NCBI RefSeq assembly: GCF_009834535.1
Contig: NC_045698.1
Coordinates: 14,882,001-14,946,000, forward strand
Direction of reading: 5' to 3'
From: Camelus ferus
Taxonomy: Eukaryota
Length of the DNA: 64,000 nt
The number at the start of each line of letters is the position of its first letter. The stretch's first letter is position 1. Of the stretch, positions 52,631 through 64,000 are shown piece after piece. The translations under genes and the position numbers were made by a program. The notes beneath the pieces are model-generated. The model was given only the letters and a program-made list of their open reading frames with translations, did not search any database and was not told the DNA's origin.

Positions 52631-54336
52631 CACAGCCATATCTCCTCTTTAAAGCTCTGCACTTATTAGTGGTAATACAATATATTTTACTTTAGAATAC
52701 AGTATTTACGGACTGTATGTGTTGAAACATTTGGAGATGTTTATTTGTTGGAACTCTTTGCCAACTCTAACAGTCATATAATGACTACATAATATTAAAA
52801 TGAAATTCAGGAATAGAGTTTGTTTTTGTATTTTGTGTCAGGAATGATACATACAAAAGGAAACATTTTGTGAATAAAAATATCAAGATACTTAATGTCT
52901 GTAAAAGGTATTTGAATAACAAATAAGAATAAATACTGATGTAAGTATAATTTTTAAAATTCAAATGTGAATTTCTGTTATCTACATTTTCTTATACTTT
53001 TTTTTTGTCATAATTATGCCATTAGTTCATTATCTCACAGGAATTTATATTTAAATAACCACACTATGCATTGTCTATGGAAGAGTAGAGACCCTAATTA
53101 ATAAATATTTCTTTCAATACCTGGAAATACATACTATTAAAATAAACACACTCATAATAAAATAAATTTACATGAATAATGTATGCTTACATTTGTGTAT
53201 TTACTAAAATATGTGAATATAATATCTTGTACTAATACATATTTTTGTTACTGAACACAAAATAAGTTTTAAAAGAAGAAAATTATTTTATAAATAAACT
53301 ATTTATTTACTTATTGCTTCATTTACTTATTCAAGACGTATGTGACCCCTTCTGTGTTCCAGGCACCTAAATTTTATAAGCAATGCTTCTCATTAGTGTT
53401 GTATTATTAAATGCCAGGTTATGTATTATATATAATTCAAATCACTAGGAAGCTAATCATCTGGATAATGTTTACATAACTTCAACTGAATTTGCAAATA
53501 TTATCATAATATTAAAATGCGTTGTCACTTGTCAGTTGGGTAATCAGCAGAGCGCCTAATTCAAATGACAGAATACTGAAAAAACCTATAGTACTTTACT
53601 TTTGTTTGTAAAAAGGCTACATTTTTTATTTTTGAATGAATAACTTTGATTTTGTTTTCATTTGCAAAAGACTGTATAGGTGTTTTATATGCACATTCAT
53701 TTTCAAATTAGGAATAACTTAGCAATTTTTAAAGTGCATAAAATAACACATAGAAGTAATACTACAAAGATACTAAGGTGGTGTTAAAGCATATGGTTAC
53801 CTCTCTTGTATCTATAAATCAATTTATAAATGATAATTTAACCACTAGTTGCTCATCAATACTGTGTAAAGGAAGAGAATGGCATGATCTCTTCCAGCTA
53901 TATAGCTTTGACCTAAGTAGTTAATGTTTTGAAATATCTCCAATGTTTTTTTAGTGCCTAGTAGGCCATATTTACTATGAAAAGTTCTGTCAATGGTGTA
54001 GGGCATGAGGATGAAACTCATTGTTTCAAAGAAATATAAATGTTGCCATAAGTAAAATGATAACACATAGATTTAACTTTTGGGGTACACCCTTAAAGAA
54101 ACTCACAACCAGTATATTAGCCTGAATGCAAAGGATGTTCAATTACTATGTCTAAATACAATTGGTTTAGTTTTGAATTAAAAAAAATATTTTCTTGAAA
54201 GATCATGGTTATGTAATTTAAATTATTTATCCATGGTTTAAGTGTCCTGAAATGACAAGTTCCAGCAGTACTCTGGTTCTAAACCTACTTTGGAGGTATG
54301 AAAATGTCTGATGATTGTGTGTAACTCTTGATAGTT

Positions 54337-54693
54337 ATGTTAGTCATTCAAGGCTGCCATAATAAAATAACATAAACTAGCTGGCTTGAACAACAGAAAT
54401 TCATTTTCTCACAGTTCTAAGTCCAAGACCAAGTTTCCAGCAAGGCTGGTTTCTGATGAGACCTCTCTTCCTGGCTTTCAGATGCAGCCTTCTTGCTGTG
54501 TCTTCCCATGGTGGGCAGACAGTGGAAAGCAAGTTCTCTGGCATCTTTTCTTATGAAAGCACTGATTTCATCATGAGAGCCCCACCTTTATGGCCTCTTC
54601 TAAACTAACTATCTCCCAAAGCTCCCACTTCTAATTATTATCACATGTGCTTCAACATATTAATTCTAGGTGCACAGAATTCAGGTCATAGTA
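54337..54693 (-). mobile_element. MaLR LTR (MLT1A-like)
   Basis: aggctgccataataaaataacataaactagctggcttgaacaacagaaattc...catcatgagagccccacc. Confidence 0.8.
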
Positions 54694-55689
54694 GTAGTGC
54701 TCCTATAATTCCATGTTCACATTTCATACACTTTCAGGTTTATTTTTGCCTCAGAGAATCTGCCTTCACTGCCTGGGAAATACATCTGTGTGTGCTGTGT
54801 TACCTGCCAGGGAACTGAGTATCACAAGGAGGGTGAATCTTCCACATACTATTATATGCTTTACCTCACTGCCTCCTTCCCATACTTTCAGTCCTTTAAG
54901 TATATTTTGCCTTATGTATGTGAACTGCTTTGTATTTCATTTTTGTTATTCTGTTTGAATCAATTCTCTCTCTTCTTAGACATTTTCCCAATAATAAAAA
55001 TTCAATGATTCAATGAAAGAGTATTAGAGGTAAAGTGAAAAACATTAATAAAAACAGTTTATATTCATTTCAGCAAATTACACTTATATTTTCCAAGCTG
55101 TCTTTTTCAAAGACAAGGATTTTTGAAAGTGTATGTTCAGTTAAAAGAAAAAATTGCTTTTTCAGTTATAAATACCATGACAATTACATAATTTATAAGT
55201 AGATACTGATTTTCTAAAATGAACATCCGAATTTATTGAATGTATATTTTTGTCCAGGCAACTTGAGAAATAATTAATCTTGATATTCATAGAAAATTTA
55301 AATCAATAACTATAAGTAAAATGTGAGAAGCATTAATACTACCATTTTGTAAATTACATTGGCGTTTTAAGGGTTTCCTCTAAGTCTTTGATTCTAAAGA
55401 GTCTTTGATTCTAAAAATCACTTAAAGGCATTTAGCCTAACTAAAGTATGTTTTATGTAATGTCCCAAGATTACAACCTTGTGGAGAAACTTTAGGCAGC
55501 TGGACAAATCAAAGTCTAATAGATAATAACGTCTTTAGACTTTTTTCATTTAATAGAAAAATGAATTTTAATAACTAACAAATTATAATTACCATGTACT
55601 CCCAATTTTCACATCTGCTTAAAATTGGATTTTAAATAATAGAGTCTGTTCATTATATTGCCAACACATTTTCGTGAAAATTTAACTGT

Positions 55690-57570
55690 CATATAATGGT
55701 GTGAGGTGACCTGGACTCTGATACTGATAAAATAATAATTGAGTTAAACAATCAAAGCACTGAGTCTGATGTTGCAGGAATAGAAAGCAAAAGGAAACAC
55801 TGTTCTTTCACTGGAGGAGTTTATAATCCCCTTTAAGAGGACAGTAAGAACAGTACAGAAGTTACTATAATGCAACATGGATTTTTAAGTGCCTTTGAAG
55901 AGATTTTTTAAAATTAGGAAACTAAAAAAGTAAATATTATAGTGATGGGATAGCATTCAAGGTGGGCCTTCAAATTTGTGTACAATTTCATAAGAGAAGT
56001 GGGGAATTAGGTGAGAGGGTACCGTAGTCAGAAAAAAAGCATCAAATGTCAAGAAAAATGTGTAATGCATAAAAGTAATGAACATGTTCAGAAAGAGCAA
56101 GTTATCAAGTGTTATTTTAAAGTGAGCAATTGTAGAGGAATGATAGTATATAAAGCCAGAAAACTAGTTTAGAATCCATATTGTAGAGGAATTTAATTTT
56201 CAGAAATTAGCTGATTAACTCAACAAATAGTTTATTTTGGACTACAATTCCAGAGACCATATTACACATTAGAAACCCAAGCTTCATAACAAAAAACACT
56301 AGGTCATGGGAGTGTACAGTGTAAAAGGAAAATAGAAAAAAGTGACGTAACTGCATGAATGTATCTGAGATTACAGTCATGGGATTCTCAGAAGACTGTG
56401 ATAGAGAATTGCACAGTTCTAGAAGATATATGATATGAAATCTGACTTCATCAAATGGACAGAGGAGAAGAATTCCCTGAAGAAAAAAAAATGATCTCAG
56501 AAAGACAGAGATGGGAGGAGGACAAAAAATATTGCATGCATCTGAGAATGTGTATATGAAATAGAAGCCCAGTGTGGCTGCATCACAGATAGACAGGTGG
56601 TATCCAGTTGTAGAGGAGACAGGGAAAGACAATACAGTCCCAGATGTCATAGTTTTTTTTTTTAAGTTATTTTGTTCTTTGTTCTAAAAGTAATGGGGAA
56701 TTATATAAGTGGATAATAAAAGAAAATTTTGTTTTATTATTACCAAAATTTCATTTTAATAATAAAATACAGTTGAGTGAAAAAAGTTGGGAGGAACAAA
56801 ATGTTTGGAAGGAAGGAAATAAAAATGTTGCTATAGTGGACCAGTTGGGAGGTAATGATTGCTCCAAATAAGTACTTTGGGAGATAGATATATGTGCACT
56901 AATTTAGGAAATATTTAAGATTCAAAATGGAAAATACATAGTGGAGAATTAGAACTTAGAGAGTTATCCAAGGTTACTCTGTTGCTGGATTGTGATACTT
57001 CTTTGAATAATTGTTATATTCATGGTGATAGAGAATTTAGGCAAGACTGGAAAAGAAGATTCCTTAAAGGAGGAAGACTATAAACTCAGCTTTAAGTACC
57101 TGCAGAACTCCTCTGGGGTAGACATTCAAGCAAAGATGCAGATTTCCAATTTCAGAGTGAGGCTAGACTGGATGTAGAAGTTTGTGCATGATCTTTGCAC
57201 AGGTAATTATTGGCATTGGAGTGACAGTGGGGTTTGGCTATGGAGCAATGAAAAAAGTAATAACGCACCCCCAAATATTGACCAAGTAGCCTGGGATAAG
57301 GCTGAAAGAAGATCAAGAAAGAATAAATGAGTGTTAAGAGAAAGCCAGGAGTGTGATGTCACATAATTGTTTCAAGAAAGAATCAACAAGGGCAGGAAGT
57401 GCTGAGACAGTAAGTAAAGGATACTGGCCGGCTTTCTAGGTGGAAACATCAATGAAGATGTTAGCAGTGCTATTTCAGAGAGGTTATGGATAGAAAACAG
57501 ATTTTCCTGAGTTATTAAGAGAATGGTAATGAGGAAATACAGCCAGTTTTCAAAGGTAACTATTTCAAGA
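55690..57570 (-). mobile_element. Long decayed L2
   Basis: Purine-rich strand with L2 antisense motifs (ctttcactggaggagtttataatc; gcattcaaggtgggccttcaa; gagtgaggctagactggatgtagaagtttg). Confidence 0.45.
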
Positions 57571-58246
57571 AATGGTTTATCTAGGGAGGTGACAGGGCTA
57601 CCTTCATTTGAGTTATATTCATCAACTGAAGATGCATATAATTAAAATGGAGAATTTTTAAAAATTGTACTATTGTCTATATTCAATAGAGAAAAGGGAT
57701 TGTATTACATTTAGTAAATGGCATAAATCATTTATATTTTTTCCTAATAAAAATGACAAACAGAAAGCTTCATTTGGAAAATTAATACAGCTAAGGTAAA
57801 ATGATGACTTGGAGCTAAGCTTCTCTTGAAAGAAAGGAGAAAAAATGCAAAGACTGATACGAACATGTCTGTATGTGGACTTTTGGATTTGATGTACATT
57901 GATGGCAGAGAGATGGATATAGAAAAATAAGGAAACTGATGTGATAGATAAAATTTACTGCAGCTGGTAAATGGTTTTACCTAGAAATTGGTTCTCCTGA
58001 TGGTAAAACACAGGCAAATATCAAGGATATAATTATTGGTGTCTGAATGTATATAAAATGAAATGATTCATAGGAAGCATGAGATTATTTCCTCCACATT
58101 GCTAAGTTCAATGATCAATTTCCTAACTTGATTTTGCATGTCCTGGCAACAACAGTTGGTAAAGGTTATCAGTCCTTTTAAAATCCTTTCTCCATTTGGC
58201 TTTAGGAAAACACACACTCCTGATTTTGTCCAAAGGTCCTGGAATT

Positions 58247-58383
58247 GTGGGGAGGGCTCAGTGGTAGAACCTGTGCTTAGAATGCACAGGGTTCTGGGTT
58301 CAATCCCCAGTACTTCCGTTAAAAAAAAAATCAGATAAAACAAATGAACCTACTTACCTCACCCCCCAAAGAACCAACAACAA
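58247..58383 (+). mobile_element. tRNA-derived SINE, Vic-1 type (camelid)
   Basis: GGGGAGGGCTCAGTGGTAGA (A box)...GGGTTCAATCCCCAGTAC (B box), A-run, AACCTACTTACCTC tail. Imperfect 16-bp TSD CAAAGGT.CTG..ATT at 58231-58246 and 58384-58399. Confidence 0.85.
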
Positions 58384-58499
58384 CAAAGGTACTGTGATTC
58401 TTTTCTGGTTCCTTGGCAAAAACCTGAAGATATCCAGGGTACGGTTATTGGATAGCTCCATTTTACTGATTTACTGATTTTCTGCATATTATTTTCCAT

Positions 58500-59530
58500 T
58501 TAATAGCTTGAGGTGCCCTTGATAGGCTAGCAAGTCCTATATTTTTATCTCAGTCCTGAACTCTAACAAGATATCTTTAATACATTTGCCTTTTTCACTT
58601 GGATCTCAAATAGGTGTCTCAAAATTAACGGGACCAAAACCCCTCTCCCGATTGGATCTTCCCCAGTAAGTGCCTGTTAATATTGCGATCTCTCTCCCTT
58701 CAATTAATGAGTCCTCCACTCTGCTTGTTCTTTAGGCCGTGATCTTGATGTTATTAGTCATACTTCACATCTATCCCATCAGAATACGTTGTTTGCTCTT
58801 AGTTCAGAATATATTCTATATCTGAACACTTCTCACTGTTGCTACTTCTACAAAATCTCTTCCTAACTTCTGTTATTGCTTTTTGCCAACACATGGTTTC
58901 CATGCTCTTTTTGGTATAAACTAAGCATGCACATCCCTTAGAAGCTTTACATATGCTAATTTCTCTGCTTGCAACACGCTTTACCATCATTTCTGCATAG
59001 CTTGCACTGTTATTTTTAAGTCCCTACACAAATATGTTTTTTAACAAAATTCTTCCTGAATACCATTACAAAAGAGATTACACCTCGTTCCTACACTTTC
59101 TATGACTTTCCCATACTTTATTTTTCCACTTGGTAATACACCATAAAATGTAGCTTAATTTTCACTAGTTTATTTACGTATTGCTTACCTCTGGCTTAAG
59201 CAGTACTCTCCAATGGAACTTTCTGTGTGATGGAATTATTCTATATCTGGGCTTTCCAAATTGGTAATTGCGACCACGTGTGGATTTTTATAACATGAAA
59301 TATATAGAGTGACTAAGAAAATGGATCTTAATTTTATTTAGCTTACTTTAAAGCTTAATTTAAATAGCCACACCTGGCCAGTGGCTATCATCTTGGAAAG
59401 TAGAGAGCTAAAATGTTAAACTGTTATGGGGAAGGATTGTTCTCTGTTTTCTCTTCTTTAATTATTTTGCAAAGACCAATGTTTAAAGCATAGTAAGTGC
59501 CCAATACATGTATGCATTAGTGAATGAATG
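58500..59530 (+). mobile_element. L2 3' region, interrupted by MER3
   Basis: Pyrimidine-rich L2 body, ending gcatagtaagtgcccaatacatg...tgaatgaatgaa. Confidence 0.6.
59201..59405. mobile_element. MER3-like hAT MITE
   Basis: ccaatggaactttctgtgtgatggaattattctatatctg...ttaatttaaatagccacacctggccagtggctatcatcttgga. Confidence 0.75.
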
Positions 59531-60134
59531 AAAGTAGGAGTCCAATTGTTAGTTGACAATCTTAAATCTAGATCATGGGAGAGCAATAATTAATAAAGAT
59601 AAAACTGGAAGTTCATTAAAGAGAATTTTTTAAAATTTGAATTAAGAAAAAACTGAAGAATAAGTAGTCATATTTAAAAAAATATATTCCAAAGAGAGAT
59701 TTGCAATTAAAAATTGTAAAGAGTTTGAGGAGAATGAAAAGTATGAAAATAACATCCTTGACATTTGAGGAAATGATGAGTAACCACAAGTAGAGAAGAA
59801 CCAGTGCTTTGGTGAAGGAGTGTCAAGAAACTAACCTAGAGTTAAAAACAAGTTTAGGATGGGGTTGGATTAGAGAGAGTTCGGCAAATTAGGCAAATTG
59901 GCATATTAGCCATTTATTAAAGACTGCAAGAAAAAAGATCACATTATAACAGTGGAGAAATGTTATAATTCGTATTTGTTTATTTTTGGCTTAATAACAA
60001 TTGAGTACATGTATGACCATTGGTACAAAAACGAGGAGAGTGACGTTAAGAAGCAAAACATAATTCCAAGGTCTTAGAAAAGATATCTTTGAATTGACTC
60101 AGATTATACAGATTTAAATTGGAAAAGAAGAGAT

Positions 60135-60163
60135 TCTCTCTCTCTCTCTCTCTTTCTCTCTCT
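60135..60163. repeat. (TC)n microsatellite
   Basis: Directly visible. Confidence 0.9.
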
Positions 60164-61427
60164 GTGGGTGGAAAGGAAATCTTAAAAGAAGCAATAAGCA
60201 CAAAGGTTAGTTAAGGAATGTCTTTTCAGTCATCCTGAATTATAACAGGACAGAGAGAAACCACTTAATTTAAAGGATAAGACTGCTCTGGAAAATGTAA
60301 TAGATATTAATTAAGTGTTGTTGAGCAAAAATACATGCCCAGCTGAGGTTAGAAAACATGAAAAAATCATGTTTTCATGAGTATTGACAATCATATTTGT
60401 CAACTCTAGTGTTAGGAGACAGAAAAAGACAGGGAAAAACAAGAGCATTTCAAACTCTGTAATTTCATGTGTAATGTTAAAAAAGTTAATCTGTGGCAAG
60501 ATGACGAAGAATCAGGGGACCTGTACAGAGGAAGGTAAGTATGTTGTGATGATTAGACTTTCTGGAAAAGGTAATATAGCATAATACAATATGCCTGAAG
60601 GACCCTGACAAACTGCTACAACATAAAGCAAGTTGATATTACAGCTACATTTATTCCTGTCCATTGACAGGTTTCATTGTAGAAGTAAATTTAGCTAAGG
60701 CACCTATAGTGTAATTGCTTTAAATTAAAAAAAAATGAATACCTAGGATAAAACTGATTATAATAGGTTATAAACTTGCTAATATATTTTCCACACAGTC
60801 TACAATGAAATAGAGTTCTTAGATAATATTTATCTTTTCCATTATAATATGAGTTTTTTCAGGGCTTTGAGAACGGTTTCTTATTCAGAGAATGAATTCC
60901 TTTCTTTAATCAGTAAATGCAGTTTAATTTCTCAGTATTAGCTTTCACGTATTAGAATGTAAACTTTACTCCTTTACCGCACACTACATTCTGTGCACAC
61001 TCAAGAACATTTCCCTGGTGTCTGAACTCCTCTGCTGTCCTGAGCATCGTACGCTGTCAGCTGTAGGACCTGGCTTAACCCTCCCTTTCGCCTTTGAGGG
61101 TGGTTCTGGCTGTTTTATAGTTCATTTCTCCTGACTGACACTTACAGGGAAGTTCAAGTTAAAAAATTCACTCAGGTAGTTCGCGGTGGCACCAGGATTT
61201 AGCATCCTGACCTCAGTGCTGCTTTGTCTCATGTACTCTTTCAGAACTTCTCTGTATTCAAAATGGTAAATCCCAGCTTTATGATCTGACATCACAGGCC
61301 ACTCAGGAACTCGTCCCCTCATAGATTGATGATTTATAGTCTCCAGCAGAAAATTCTCAGACCAGTTTGAACACTTTCTTCCTGGGCCTCACATGTTCCT
61401 ACTTCTTGTTTCGGTAATTAATTTTCC

Positions 61428-61802
61428 TGCAGTGGATCAAATGTTTCTGTCTCTTCCCAAACTCATATATTGAAATCCTAACCCTCACTGTGATGATGTT
61501 AGGAAGTGAGATCTTTGGAAGGTGACTGGAATTAAATGAGGTCATGAGGGTGGAGCCCTAATGAATGGGATTTGTGTCCTTTTAAAAGAAACACGACAAA
61601 GATCCCAGGGCTCCTTCTGCCAAGTGAGGTGACAGTGATAAGAGGGCTGTCAGTGAGGAAATGGGTCCCGTACAGACACCACATCTGTTGATGTCTTAGT
61701 CTTGAACTTCTCAGCCTCCAGAATTGTGAAAAATTAAGGCTTGTTGTTTACAAGCCACCCAGTTTATGGCACTTTTTATAGCAACCAGAAAAGACTGAGA
61801 CA
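61428..61802 (+). mobile_element. MaLR LTR (MLT1A-like)
   Basis: TG...CA bounded. aatgtttctgtctcttcccaaactcatatattgaaatcctaacc...gaggtcatgagggtggagccc...cagcctccagaattgtga...aagccacccagtttatgg. Confidence 0.85.
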
Positions 61803-62433
61803 CCTCTTCATTTAACCTGCCAAAAACGAAGTCTTAGTAATAGATTTTTTAAAGTTTGCATATCTGAAAATGCCTTTATTCCACTTTCATGTTTGATTTG
61901 TGGTTTGGTTGGATGCCAATGTCTATTTTAAATTCTGTTGACTTTGCTATTTAAAACCACTCTTTTCACACTCCGTGTTCTAGATGGGAGTTTGGTGCCC
62001 ATCTTTATTGTCCCTGTTTTATGACGTGTTTATTTAGTTTTATTTCTTACTGTCTATTTAGTTTTTGCTCAAGTTTTCAAAATCTTATTTACATTTAAAA
62101 GAGCTTATAATTTGTAATTTTATTGTTTTTGATGACAGATGCCTTTTTTTATAGACCCAGTTTCTTCTTGAAGAATGCTTCCTGCATCAGAAAAAACAGC
62201 AACAACAATATGTCTCTATGGTTGATTAAATTAATTTCTGGGGCACAGTGTCCAGTGACATTGCCAATTTTGCTGATTGAAACATTGTTTTTAATGACTT
62301 GGTTAACTCTATGTAGACAAAAGAGTCTGGAAAACAAAATGATCAAGAAATAGATACCTAGAAAATGATTAGATATTAGTAAGTTCCCTGTCTTTTTTTA
62401 TATATTGGTTTAAGTTCTAGATGCATCCTATAC

Positions 62434-62790
62434 ACTACTTAGTCCATTCAAGCTGCTATAACAAAATACCATAGACTGAGTGGCTTATAAACAACAGAAA
62501 TTTTTTCCTCACAGTTCTAGAGGCTTGAAGTCCAAGATCAGGGTGCTAGCATGATCCATTTCTGGTAAAGGCCCTCTTCCAACTTGTAGACTTCTGACTT
62601 TTTGTTTTATGCATACAAGGCGAACCACAGAGAGCAGCAAGCTCCTAGAGACTCTTATAAAGCCTGTAATCCTATTCATGAGGACTCTGCCCTCAGACCT
62701 CATGGGATCCTAATTGCCCCAACTCCTAATACCATCACACTGTGGGGGTAGGGTTTCAGCATACGAATTTAGGAAGAACACAAACATTAT
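62434..62790 (-). mobile_element. MaLR LTR (MLT1A-like)
   Basis: cttagtccattcaagctgctataacaaaataccatagactgagtggcttataaacaacagaaat...ctcacagttctagaggc. Confidence 0.85.
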
Positions 62791-62801
62791 GGATTACGGA
62801 C

Positions 62802-62812
62802 ATGTATGTGTG

Positions 62813-62893
<81 letters not shown>
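62802..62893. repeat. (TA)n/(TG)n compound microsatellite
   Basis: Directly visible. Confidence 0.95.
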
Positions 62894-62896
<3 letters not shown>

Positions 62897-64000
62897 CAGA
62901 AAAAAGGGAAAGGGAGAAACAAAGAATGGAAGAGATTCCTGCCAATCAGAAATACATGAATTAAGGAAAATGAGAGCCAGAAATTTTGAAGATGTATTTT
63001 TTTCTATAACTAAACTCTCTACAGTCACTTTTATTGCTTTTATCTACTAAGCTTTTTTGATTAGCCACTTTGTTGAGGTACTTTTGAATCTTGTTTATAG
63101 CAACTCAGCTTGCTCTGTTATCTCCATTCCCTAATACAACTGTGTTTATGCAAATGAGACCTTTCTTTGCTATATCGCCTTGGGCTTACCTTCAAATGTT
63201 CTCATTCTTTATATTGTAATTGTGTCTCAATAACATCATACCTTATGTTTCAAAAGGAAAGTTTCAGACTTTGAAACTATACTTTGATTTATGATTAATA
63301 TTGTATTGCTTTGTTATCTATCCCTCAAAAGACATATTATATAATGTTGGGAAAGTATGTATGTGTATATGTTGTTTCCTGTAGCACCCAAATTAAACAT
63401 GCATATTGCTAGAAAATATTTTAAAATTAGAAAGAATATAATTATATGACATCCTTTAGATTTTCAGAAACTTAAAATTCTTCTCGAATGATTACCAGTT
63501 TACTGTCAAAAATCATTTTTATAACTTTACTTGCTGATCAAGGGGATTTTAGATCTTGGCCTTATTAACAATTTTTTTCATCAGAAAAAGAGAGATAATG
63601 ATTAGCTTGGTGCTGGGGAGTTCTGTGTGTTCCTTTGGCAGAGATAAGTTACACATTTGGAACAAGGTAGCAAAGTGATATTACAGTGTTTTGTGAAATC
63701 TTACATTTTTAAATAACTGTCCAGGAAATATGTTCTGGTTATTTTCCATCTGCTACCATGTTTCTTCCATGTGATCAGTCCAGGATGCTGACCTTAACAG
63801 ACTACACCATCTAAATCCCCTTTGCCATCTTGCTTTCAGTGAACTTGGGAGGAGACAGTTTGGGTGCATGTCCTTCTTGCTCTCTCCTTGCAGGGTAAAC
63901 GTTTAGTAGTGGTGGAATTTCCCTAGCTTCTCTTTGGGTGTCATCTCCATCAGCCTCCTTTCCCTTTAGATTCCATTAGGAGCTTTCTCACTTCACACCC

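Noticed and set aside
55383..55415. 17-bp tandem duplication AGTCTTTGATTCTAAA(G); similar small duplications at ~12481, ~18056 and ~37941
   Set aside because: Ordinary slippage duplications with no spacers; not CRISPR-like.
56207..56650. 147-aa hydrophobic ORF
   Set aside because: A by-product of the purine-skewed decayed L2 region, with no protein family signature.
58249..58318. tRNA-Ala-like sequence as a tRNA gene
   Set aside because: The acceptor stem and A box are degenerate, and an A-rich tail and TSD are present, so this is a SINE head.
61428..62790. Oppositely oriented pair of MLT1A-like LTRs as a provirus or dsRNA hairpin
   Set aside because: Proviral LTRs are direct repeats, and these copies are independently and heavily diverged.

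Overview
AT-rich, repeat-dense mammalian non-coding DNA (intergenic or deep intronic). It is most likely camelid, given a Vic-1-type tRNA-derived SINE at 58.25 kb. I found no intact protein-coding gene; almost all track ORFs are chance ORFs or decayed transposon frames. Main recognisable contents: (1) a decayed minus-strand processed pseudogene of UBXN2A (~43.66-45.23 kb). It carries a 59-nt antisense-L1 segment at what appears to be the parent gene's last exon junction, which looks like a fossil of an L1-exonised splice isoform. It is also interrupted by a chimeric, 5'-inverted L1 insertion. (2) A young TSD-flanked ~3.06-kb L1 (34826-37885) with a full CpG-rich 5'UTR and ORF1 but almost no ORF2, i.e. 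a half-L1 (HAL1-like) architecture. (3) A decayed ERVL pol segment, many solo LTRs (ERV1, ERVL, MaLR), truncated L1s, L2/MIR, and hAT and Tigger MITEs. Repeat family names and parent-gene exon positions come from my memory of consensus sequences and need RepeatMasker/BLAST confirmation. Boundaries of old repeats are approximate.
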